A DNA stretch of 64,000 nucleotides from Iphione sp. A-MEVVRFRX5 (Eukaryota): contig OZ320313.1 in assembly GCA_976226885.1 (NCBI GenBank), forward strand, positions 113,398,001-113,462,000. The letters are read 5' to 3'. The notes under the pieces are model-generated. The model made no database searches and was not told the origin of the DNA. It was given only the letters and a program-made list of their open reading frames with translations. Shown here piece after piece: positions 12,401 through 24,400 of this stretch. How positions within the stretch are numbered: position 1 is the stretch's first letter; each line of letters starts with the position of its first letter. Position numbers and translations under genes: made by a program.

Positions 12401-15400
12401 ACTGGTCAGCTTCGTAAGATTTATTACAGACCACTGTTTGTTCCCTTTATTAATTTCCAATCTTGTTCTTGCCAACAATAGTATCCTGAAGGAACACCAG
12501 TCCGAGCCAGATATAAGGAAAACCAACCGGCCAGTGACTCCGGTCACTGAGGTTGAGGCGAAACAGGCATACAAGAAAATCCAGCAGGGTGGAGAAATTC
12601 CTATCTATGGTCTTCGGCTTCCCTATCCAGAGAAAAGAGGTAAGGTCACGGTTTGGCTCTTTCCATAATCATAGTGGAACTTCTCGCTGGTTTACGACCA
12701 CATCAAAAAGTACAAATCGAAAACTCTTCAGGTCAGCGGTTTTGGTACGCCAAGAATATTGCATGTTGGAGAAGTCTAAATTGTCATAGTTTTTTGAGTA
12801 GGCTTACTATTTAATCGCAAGCAGTTCGCACAGGGGTGTGGAAACAAAGCTTAAACTAGTGGAAACAAAAGACTTCAAACCAAATACATATTTATATATA
12901 TACATGTACTCATTACAAATGTGTTGGGTTGTCCAGAGCCAAAGGATGAGACTCCCTCGTACTTTCCTTCTCTCATATTTATGTTGTGTTTTCTTACCTG
13001 TGATACTGTCGTTTGAATTTACTTTCCTCATGGCTGATTTGGGCTGTGGTAATCTTTCATACCTCTGCCTCCTTGTCAGTGGTTGGTGTCGTGTAATTTA
13101 TTGTCTTATTCTTTGTCTTTATTAGTTCGTCATGGTAATTGTTAAACTGTTCATGTCCGTATTCACTTCCTATGAAATAAGTTACCAATTAGAAAACGAT
13201 CACTTTGTTAGCTACATATCACCTGCCTGTCACGAATCACACCAAAAGCTTTTTACTGCTTATGAAACAATCGTGCGTTATGCAAATCACAGGATCTACT
13301 CCTATCAGCACATCGCAGTCCGTTTGCGGAGCCTTCTGTCCCATTGGGTCTTGTTCCACTATATGCTTTGTGACTGGAATACGCACGACTAGCGGCAATA
13401 CAGGTAGACTCTAATAAACCAGAGGACGAAGCCCGGAATAAATTCATTCGCCTTGAGGTTTCCCAACACGATGCAAGACGCGCCAGATCGCCGCCGGAGG
13501 ACATGCATATACATGTATGTGTAGAACTTGGCATTCGGCTGAGTATCTGTTAGGACGCTATCTCAGTTGTTGCGAGATATTCCTGCTCAACCCGAACTGT
13601 AGTTTCTAGCCTAGTAGCTGCTGTCCATCTTGAAGTGATCACATTCCATTATGGCAGTTCAGCTTATAACATGGAGTTCACATCATTTGAAATCACTGGG
13701 TTTTCAACACCTAGTAGACTTTCTTTTGCGAATCACAGTGCAGTATTGGGCTGGCACCTTTTACATTTCCAGTAAACCAGTTTGTTTCCCCCTCATTCAC
13801 CTCACATAGGACACCTGAATTTACGGAGTTGGGTCCCACCTCCCACAACACCCCTCTTAACTGCTTTCAGTCCAGTCCACTCTGATCTCACTGTCACACT
13901 CAACTTTCAAATCCCGGCCGCTCTGTTATCAAACCAACACAAGCATACTTTGAAATGAAATAATTTTAACACTGAAAGGTTTTGAAGCATCATTTTTTTG
14001 CCACATAATGTCGTCAGGTATCTCAAAAGTATTTCATAAGCCATATTGCTTTAACAAAAGACGCTTTCCAGATTGACACCAGACAGTAACTTTCATTACT
14101 AATACTTTACTAATAACCTTTGTTGCAGCAAGTTGGCTTGAAGGGCAAGACCTAGCTGCCGGGTATCCCCATCAGGGTCTCTCTACCCTTTGTAAGAAAC
14201 AGGACACCTTGAAAAAGCATTTAATACATGGACAGTATCACCCTGTAAAAACTAATCATTTGATAGGAAAAGGAACTGCCCATTTAGATGTGGTGTGCAG
14301 TCAAATTCTCCACCCAGCAACACCCCCTTCCCTATCTGATAGTAAAAGGAAACCCACCCTCTCTACACGCACAGTTATCAATACTAGCAACCCAATCCCA
14401 TCCATCCAGTCACCTACCCTATTTACTGGCTTGGTAAAGGATTTGCAAAATTTAGCGTGCCTCCCAAACCACTGTCTGTGTTCGCGTCACCGTCAGAGGG
14501 CTCAAACTAAGTGTTTAAAAGTAGCTCAGAAACGTACCCATAAATTACAGTTACGGAGACTTAGTCCGTCCGTTTGCGGTAACAATGGATTAAGGGAACT
14601 TTTGCACCTGGAACAAGGCACAGAGACGGAGAGTATGGCGGTAAGAAAAGAAAGTTCCAGACCCTTTTCCTTTACCAGGGCACATCTGGGAGATTTTGCG
14701 TATGATGAAAGATTCCTGAGCAACGAGGCAGAGCTGATGGACAGCAGCAACGATAGCAGGTATTATATGACCTCTTTCTCTGACCAGGAGCGATCTGACC
14801 CCCAGAGGGAAGCATATCAAAATTTACACCAAGACATTTCAACACAAGAAGCTTTCACAGCAGGAGAAGAGTATCCCCAATATCAGTATGAGACAAGCCC
14901 GTCCGTAGATATCGGGCATCACTTCAATAGGAACGAATTCTGTAATCTACAACAGGGGAAGGGCTTGGAATATGAAATAAAGAGACCCGAGGTGCTAGAG
15001 CTTTTCAGGAAGTACTACGCCGAAGGCTCTAAAGTGGCTGAAGACATTCTGTCCAATGCCTCCTCAGAGAACTTTGCGGACGATGAAGATGAGCAAAGGA
15101 AGAGAGAAAACTATCGGCTGAAGGTGGAAAATCATTACCGACGTCTAATGGAGGAAGGAGTCATGTCCCCTGGGGCCGAGTACCTGTCTGATTCCTGGGG
15201 CTCGCAAGCTGAAAAGAGCCCATCCCCCTTAGACAACTCTAACTACCAGATCGGCATCACCCAGTCTGATTGGAAGGCCATTGACCACCACAGGACGCTG
15301 TCCCAGGAGAAGGTGGCCGTACCTGACGCAGCCGTCACAACTGCAAGGTTGCCTAGTGCACTGAAGCACTCGAGGGATCCAAGTCCCAAGGCACAGGATA

Positions 15401-18400
15401 AAGGCAAAAAGAAGGTGCGGGTTAGGAGACATGATTCCCTTATCAACCAAGATGCAGAGACTCAAAATCCAAAGCCGTGTGTCTGCCGGTCTCGCCTTTC
15501 ACAAGGAGAGCCGCTTTTTGAAGGCGAACCAGATCTTTTAGAGGAGACCAAAGGTAAAGTTCACACTACCGGCAGTTGCACGGTACCTTTCAGTCGATAC
15601 CGACCAGACAGTTCCCCTAGTTATTACGGCACCCGTCAGGACCGTTTATCCCTGGACAGAGACGACCGCGCTGACCCTGGCCTATCGCCGGGTGAGGAGG
15701 ATGGCTATATTCCAGGTGGATATGATCGCGACGGTTCGTTCTTGGATCTGCGACACGATGCTACTTACCGAATTACAGGACGCCCTCCATCATCGCCTAT
15801 GATCAGGGCGCGGTCGTCGGCAGGGTCGCAGCCGTCACCGCGACGCGTGTACGGCCACCACATCGCCTCCCCGGGTCGTTCAAGTCCCGTCTCTGAGGTG
15901 TCCACCGGCTCCTACCAGTCGTCACCGAAAGGATCGCCTCGGCGGCAAAAGCGGCCTGCCGTCGACGACTTTTACGTTCACTTCCGGCGGCGCTCGGAAC
16001 TATCGGAATGCAGCGATCGGTCTTCAAGATTAGACCCACAAACCTACCAGTCCTACGCAGCAGGCATACTGCACTCCTCACGCAAGTCGGAGCGCTTCCT
16101 TCGCTTGCAGAAGCACTACGCAACACTGGAGAGGATCACGGAGATTGAAGAGCGAACGCGGAGCAGCAATGAGCAGAGCGGACGGCGACGCTTCAACACG
16201 GTCAGCCTGAAGGCGCTCTCCAAGGCGCTCGGCCGACTTCCCTCTAGAGTACAGGATATTCTCCTCTCGAAATACAAGCTGGAAAGTCTAGAGGAGCTGC
16301 AAGAACTGTATGCCGAGTTGGAGGAAGCGCGAAAGCTCGAGGAGTTCTTCTTTGACACGGGGAATCTGGAGGATATCCAGTGGAACCCCTGGAAAGACCC
16401 AGGTCTAAAGACGAAAGGTATGACTATTCGTGACCTGTATGAGATATACGAAAAGGGACGAGGACCCATGAACACACGAGTGGTCAGGCGGGGAAAGAAA
16501 AAGGAGGAGGTCAAGAGAGAGATGTCCTTCAGAAAGCTTTGCGAAAAGTACTGTCACCTGGATGAGGTGTCGATGAGGGAGCGTGTGATGGAGGAGTGGT
16601 GGAGTCGCAGGTCACACTCCCGCAGGGGGTCGGACGCCTCGTCGGTCATGTCGTCAGCCAGCACCGTCGGCTCCTACCTCCACATCATGGAGCAGGCCTC
16701 CAAGAAGGCCAAGGAGCGGCCGCTCTATGGCTACCACATCGCCGAGCATCCCAACAAGTACGAGGTGCACGTCGAGAACGTACGGCGCCTCTCCAAGTCG
16801 TGCCCGGACGTGTCGGCCCCCTCTGCCCTGCACGTCCGCTCGGCCTCCCAGCCACAACCCAGCGGTCGGAGGAAGGATGGAAGGACCTTACCACCAAGAG
16901 CCTCGTCCTTTAAGAGATCCGGCTTTGGCGACGAACGGAATGCCGTGTACAGAGTACAGCTGCATGACAAGGGAGAGGCTTCTTTACAGGAGGACCATGC
17001 TAACTACGTCGAGCGAAGAGACGTAGATAGTCTCCGCATAGTCAGGCCACCCTCAGGTCGAAGCTCTGAGTCGGGTTACGATAGCATTGACGGAAGGACA
17101 ACTAAAGACTTGCGATTAAAGCCCTCTGGGTACAGCACGAAAGACGGGAAGCGTTATGTTGAAGAGCTCGTCTCTGATACTTCGAATATAGTCCCGGTGG
17201 CTGGGACGGAGGTGTTGGCTTACCCCGTACAGTGGGACGGTCGACCCTCCGGCGCGCGGCCCAGAGCGGCAGCAACCGCGCGCGGATGGCAGTCGGAGAT
17301 CAGGGGAGTCGTGGGTGGAGATGAGGAGCCAGGCCTCGGCCGCCATACCCATACACGAAACCAGGAGCCGGTCAGGAGGTACGGAGCCTCCACGGCAGAC
17401 GCCCTCTTCACCACCGACGATACACAGGAGAGAGCCAGGAGGATGAAGATTCGCGAGGAAAACTTTCGAGAGCGACAGCGCTGGCGCAAAGATTCTAAAC
17501 CCCATCCTGGCGCTGTGGCGTCTGCGTTGTCTATTTTCGAGCCGTCGAGTTACAGTGCCAAGGTGGTGCCTAACTGGAAGGTCCCCGCAAACAAAGTACA
17601 TCATCACAAGCAGCAAGGCCGACCCTCCCTTCAAGTGGATGTGTTGCGGGAGGAGGAGGTGGGCAGTGGTAGCCCGCCGAACTCTGGTTTGACAGCACGG
17701 GACGCTGCGGAAGGATCGTCCAACAATAGCCAAAGCTTATCTCCGGCGGCGCAAGCTCTATTCCCAGGAGAAGGGTACAGTCAACTGCCATACACTGACA
17801 TTGTCGGCGTGCCTCCAGAGCGTCCAGCGCCTCCCTCCGCGTCAGACCTCGCGCCCAGATACGTGCGGTCCTTATCGGCGGGGGCAGATGAGCAGCCCTA
17901 CTCTTCAGGATCGCACCGGGGCAGTGAAAGTGATTTTCAAAGCACGCGTCACTCCTTCGAGCGGCGGTCCTATCTGCTGGACGACAGTAGACCTGCACCA
18001 AGGACAGCGCTGACTCAGCGCTCCGTGAACACTCCACTAGGACGTTACGAAGCTAAGATTCGGAGCAAGAGCGCTGAGCCGCTGCCGCCGCCGCCGCCAC
18101 TACGGCCCAAGTCGGCCGTCGACCCTTCGCTTGCCAGCGTAGACAACTCCAGTCTGAGACGTAAAGACCTATCGAAGAGCACACCGTGCTTGAATGATTA
18201 CCGCCCAGCAGATGATGGACTCAGCGTAAAGAAAGCCTCAGGGACGACGAGCAGCTCACCGGAGGGGCGTGGAGCTAGTGCTGAGCCCATTTATGCGTCG
18301 GTTCCAGCTCGAGAGGATAGGCTCAAGGAGGCGGCGACACGACGGGTCGGGACGGACCGTCAGCGCCCGGGACTACAGCATTACGTTAACAAACGGCATA

Positions 18401-21400
18401 CCCAGAGTGCGGACCATTGGGCACCTCGGATAGAACGGAGGTGGGAAGTTGAAGGAGCAGCAGGAGATCAGGTAGAGAGTGCTGGTCCAGTGAGTCATGT
18501 GATCCACCGTCAGTTCACAGACGGCGACACAGGTGAGAATTTAATGGCGGGCAACGGTGCTGCTAGAGAAAAAGGAAGCCTGTCGAACGAGCGCACGCCT
18601 TTCAATCACGGGAACGACACGACCTTCTCCGCCCACGCGAAGCCCGTCCCTCTGGAAGGCCGTCCCTTTCTACTTGCAGGTACGCAGCAGTCATCGCCCT
18701 CTTCCCACTCACAGTCGCCCACCGTGTCCACTCTGGCGACGTCCCTCTCTTCCAGCCAGCCGTCAGATGATACCGCCACGCGAGGTCGCGGGAGAAACCT
18801 GTCCGCGTTCCGTCAAGAAATTGAGGACGAATATAGGAAGATTTACGACATGACCAAGAAGGCCGCCATGTATGATCACAGCGCAGATCCGGCAGGTTTC
18901 CCGGACGGACCTTTCAAAGACAGCAGTAGTAGCGACCGACAGCGGGCCATCTCTGCTCCCAGCCTGTCCTACAGGGCCAGCGTCGACTCCGCTCGTTTCG
19001 ACGGGTCGCACGGCCCTCGCGATACGGGGGACATGCTGTCTGGAAGCAACGACACGCTCATCATACGAGGGAGCGACCCCGACCTGCTGGCCGAGTCGGC
19101 TCCCAGGACATACAGTTCGGTGAGGCGCATGAAGAATCTTTTCGAAGAACAGAGGCTGGAGAAGTCCCAGTCGGAGCCCAATCTGGCCCAGGAGGTCGGT
19201 GAATATGACATGGGACCTTCTCGCAGTGCGCGCTCCGTCGAGAATGTTATCACTGGAGGGTCTGAGCTTTCTAGGAGTCCCAATTTCCAGGATTTGAGAG
19301 CAAAGTACGAGTCGGGGTACGTATCGGAAGCACACAGCCCGGTTAAAGAGGTGAGAACAAGTACCGGCGAACTTCACGGTCTACAGCCGTACACCTCAGC
19401 GAGTCCTCATCAGCACAGAGCGACCGTGGAAGGCAAACGCCCACCCGCCTATGGTCAGAGTCAGCCGAATGTGGGGACACCAAACCACAGTAGTTCCCCC
19501 CATATGCCTGTTGCCAAGTACGGACCTCAGAAGTCGGCCCAGCGCCCATGGGACGTCGTTAGAACTTACTCACCACCACCCAGCGAGGTTGAAAGGAACC
19601 TTAATGCTATTGAGGGCCTTGGGCAGGAATGGGAGCGCGACAAATACAAATTGTCCCAGCGGACAAAGTCCTCTCCGTATAAACAGCAGGACAGCGACAG
19701 CCCACAGGTTTGGCGAGAGTTCAAAGATCCGTCGCCGGTGGAACCGTCTCCCCCAATCACACCACTTAACCGTCCTCCCAATCCACCTCCGTATATTCCA
19801 CCCCCTGAGTTCAAAGCCAGCCAAAAGTCTAAAGGCAGCAGCCACGTACTACGCAACAGTACCCCAACACCAAGTAGGTTAGGACCCTCCCCAACCTCAC
19901 CTTATTACCTGGATCGGGAGACCGGTCAGAGTGAGCCTTCAAGTAGTATCAGTGACCGGCAGCAGGTGGCGCCCCCGAATGCCAGGACGCCCTCTGGCAG
20001 CTCAGCCCCACTTTCACCTTCAAGCACACAGGACGCAACTAGCCACTTCGAGCAGACAGGTGCCTTACTTTAGTACTAATCGTTGTGCAGTCAGTATGGT
20101 GGACAGAGCACATCTCCCTCTCCTTCACTGTTCTCCCACGGCTTCCCTGTGGCTTCAGTCGGTGTTTCTCCAGCATGCCTTTTAAAACAGTATTTTCTTT
20201 TCGATAGGGTTCTTAGCTCACCTCCTTCCCGTCAGTGTCTTGGTAATTGGAATCACTGTCACATCTCCAAGGGGTGTGTGACTTGGCTTTGTCACATGGG
20301 TGGCTTTGGACTCGGTTGCTTGATATTTATACACTGCACGCAGAAGGGCATACACAATTGCACCGAACACGCGATATATATTTTTTTGGTTTCTTCTTTT
20401 CGGTACTGAGCACTGTACACACGTGTTCCGACGGTGATGGTATTGCCTCCTTGCCACGAGACTTCTATGTTGGCTTGGTCTCGCAGGCTTGCTTCTCTTC
20501 ACTGGGGGCACTGCCCGTATCACCAGGAAATGTTTATTCTATGCTCCAGTTTTATATTGTTTTTTTTTTCTAAAATGGTGAATTTGCTTTCTTCTTACAG
20601 CTGGATTTTCCGCTCTTTATTCACTTCTGTATGGGGGTATGTTTTAAATATCCTTTGAATACTTCCTTGCATCTTGACATTGTTGTGATTAGTTTTCTTG
20701 AATGAATGAAGCCCTCTAAGGAGGCTGAGTATGGAGGCAGAACTCTTCCAAGGAGATACTTTTTATGTGATTGCCGTCAGTTCATCCAAGGCAATCTTTG
20801 CACGAACAAAATTCAGAGATCGCGTACACACTGTATTATTTAGATTGTATGTTCAGTTATGCAGTGATAGACTCTCCACTGCTGCATCCTTGTCCTGTAA
20901 TCCCCTAGCGGTTATCTCGCGAACCAGAAAACATTGTCGAGCATGCAGTGCTGCCCCCTGTCAGTCGTAGGTAGACTGTAAATACAATACCGCCCCAGTG
21001 TAGACAGGCAGTGGCAGTTTATGAACGCATGATAGGTAGCAAGGTTTTTCTTGACATATTGTAACGTGTTGATAAAAGTAGACTTTGTATTGTCATCTTG
21101 TTTAAAGGATTTGCACAATAGACTGTTAATATATTGGGCCTTTCGGTCCATTCAGGAGCATCTTGGCCGAAGGGCATATATGTGATGTTTGTTGAATTTC
21201 TGGTTTCTGTATCGCTATAATAGATGTTGTTTGTAAGTTGAATCTGCCTACGTACATCAGTCGGCTCTGTATCAATCTTCCAATTATACGTATAATTCTT
21301 TATTGTTGTATTCTCTTTTTTCAAAACTCATCCTTGTTCCTACCAACTTTTCTTTGCGTCCCCCAGAACCTGCCGAATCCAAACCAATCGGGCCCGACCC

Positions 21401-24400
21401 GAAGGCTCCCCCACCCCCAGCCAAGTCTACGGCAAGCATAAGTCTGCAGAACAAGTCAACGGCTAAACTCAATCTCAGCAAAGCGCGCTCTAAAAGCCTA
21501 TCTGGCATAGAGAACACGCCACCGCCGAGAAACACTATCCGTACGGCCAGCATCAAAGGTAGTCACCTGTGTGTCGCCGCCGCCGCCGCCGCCGCCGCCG
21601 TCGCCGCAGCTGCACTAGCCCCCCACCCCCTCCACATAAAAACTATACATTTGAATCCTAATCCTCGACCTATGATGGCCCGCCTTGCCCCCCCCCCCCC
21701 CCGTTAACATATTCCTCCGGAGATACGATGTACATCTTGTATTTTTTCAATTCCATTCGCTGCAAAACTGCTGTACCCCAAGCTTCATGCACATTGGCCG
21801 ACTGACAGTTATTAATTTCAGCTGATTATACATGTAGTTTGATACAAGTAACCCTCAATGTGGCCGCTTTTCAGGCCTGTCGTGGACGGTCTTAATGCTT
21901 GCATCTACCAACTATGCGCCCCGCTCGCAGTGTGCCCACCGCGTGTATAGATCGGCAGCTGCTCCGTGCCCTGTGTGTTGTCCCCATGCCTGCTTATCGA
22001 CTTCCAACTAATACAGGTGTTCATTTGTAGCCTGGACTAAAGGACAGGTGTTTGGTCGGCTTTTTTTAGCCATACTATAACCATACTGATACACTTACTG
22101 GCCATTGCCCTCAGCCCCTGAAGTTTACACTGAAAAGGTTCCTATGTAAGTAACGTTTAGATCGATAAATCTCAAGAAATAAAAAAAGGGAGAAACCACC
22201 ATAGAAGCATAGCACATCACATTTGCATAGCACATTTGTTGGGATCAGTGTCATTTGAAAGAAAAAGTGCCAGTGGCTGAGGAGTAAGCTGTAAGATATT
22301 CATGCTGAAATATTGACTTATTTCTTGCTTTGACATTGAATCGTGTGTATTTGGTCCGAGATACTCAGAATAATTCACTGTTCAGTTCGACACGTACCTG
22401 AAGTTCCTGCTAAAGATTCCTAGGAAATTCAAACACCTCTTATTCAATTTGTATTGATACGTGAAATTGTATATTCTGGAAAAAGACGTTTTTATCATTG
22501 CTCACCCTCCCCCCTTTGATGGGAAAATGTTGTCGTGTGAATCTCGGACCAGGTATGTGAATGCGAAACCCAGTTAATCCGTCCCTTTTTGTATAGACTG
22601 GACTAACACATGACTCATTTATTTCCACAAATCTTTGAAAATATGTTATTGAGTTGTTTGCATAGTGTTATGCTTTGTTCGTTAATACACTGATAAACGT
22701 TTCGTGCAAAACAAAATAATTAATTGCATGTAAAATGTAAAACACACCGGATAAAATATATTAAAGTGTGAAGAAGATAGAACACATAGATAATTCTTAG
22801 CCAGATGAGGTTAACTAGGCTTACCGAAAGCAATGCCATAGCAAGCATCCTGAACTAAAACTTTCTGTCCGTGAAAATAACTTCACCCATTTTTTTTAAA
22901 TTTGTTTTAAAATTAGTTTTATTCAGGTCATTTTAAGATATTCATTTATTCATCCCTTGCTCAGCTCAAGCAATCACAGGAGACAGGAGACGGGGATCGA
23001 CCACATATGCCGCAAGGCGTGGTGCGTTTTTTTTCCTGAAGTAAGCTTAGTTTAGTATGATGTGTGTTGGAGCCGAAAATCGACACGCGCTGCTATACGC
23101 ACGTTCATTGTGTCCATCCCACACAGAACGTCATGGAGCGTCATCTCCATCACCCGGCCGCCCCCACCACCACTCGGCGTCTGACATTACCGGATACGGA
23201 AGCAGCCCTACCGGGCCGCCGCCAGGGGCCGCCATGGGCACGCTGGACCGCAGGCGGCGCGACGAGGAGGCTGCTCGCAGGAAAGCACAGATGGTGAGTA
23301 GAGACGCCCTCTGGCGTTTTATTAACTGACAGCCTGTTTATTATAAAATGAGGTCAATATACAGGCTCCCTTCTTTTTTTGTGTGTGTTTTATCCAGTTG
23401 ATTAGAGGATTTCTTTTCTTTTTTCAAGTCCGTATATTTGTAAAATTTGATTATCCAATTACAGTCAGCTGTATTGACACAGTCAGTTAAGGCCGTAGAT
23501 ATCTGCAGGATTTCAGTATTGAGAACTGTCACCTGTGTGTGTGTTTGTGTTTTAGCGTGCGTGTGTTTTAGCGTGCGTGTCTGTGTTATAAGGGGCCCTG
23601 GTATGCGTATTTCCGTTAAGCTGAAAACTCACAACAATCTCGAGCCCGTCCGGATTGCTGGTAAATACATGTAGTTTACATGCAACTGTTTATGTGGTCC
23701 TGCCTTTTATAGTAATAGTCCTCCGTCCAGAGCCCCCTTTTAAGCCGTCATGTCTACTTTTATTTCACTCCATCTCCTTTAAAGCATCCGTTTGGTCCGG
23801 CGGGGTCTGTCCTCTTGATGTTGGCCGGCGGGTTACGACCGCCTGGTGGCCTATCTGCAATGAACAGTTTCCGCGCTCTATCCATCACCATCGGCTCACT
23901 TGCCAGCTACCCTGACACTGCTGTGCCACTCTAGACACTGGTCGCACCAGTAACTGCTAACCCCCAACCCTGATGGTCTCAAAGATTGATTGTATTTCTA
24001 AAATGAAAGAATATTCGTTTTGTTCATCGAAATGTATTTAATGTAATTCAAAATTTTCTTTAACCGTTATATATTGCCTTAGCATATATAGACGTGGTCG
24101 ATATCGTTCCAACATTGAAGGCAGACCTAGTAGGCGGTAACGAATTACCAAGCAGTCACATTTGCGTACAAATGTTGTGGTTTGACCCAGATCAAGTCAT
24201 AAAACAGTATTTGAAGGAAACAAAACTTGGCTTTGGCCATGGTAATGATTTACAGCGACGTTAGATTGGCTGGTGGCTACTGCAGGCCTTCAGAGGGTGC
24301 GTGATCGACATGCGGACACGAGCAGCTCACGGCGGGGGGCGACGAGCAGAAAAATAAACCCGCTCTATAACAACGCCCATACCAACCCCACCTCACAACC

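Noticed and set aside
13396-13545. Protein-like frame [33 protein letters not shown]
   Set aside because: No pyrimidine tract, and no acceptor/donor pair compatible with the phase-1 neighbours.
14526-19856. Many antisense and off-frame ORFs over the giant exon (for example 17116-17733 and 18763-19377)
   Set aside because: Expected shadow ORFs of GC-rich coding sequence.
22031-22047. 17-nt exon candidate with tttgtag acceptor and CAG|gtgttt donor
   Set aside because: Weak donor, frame-shifting, and no supporting regulatory motifs.
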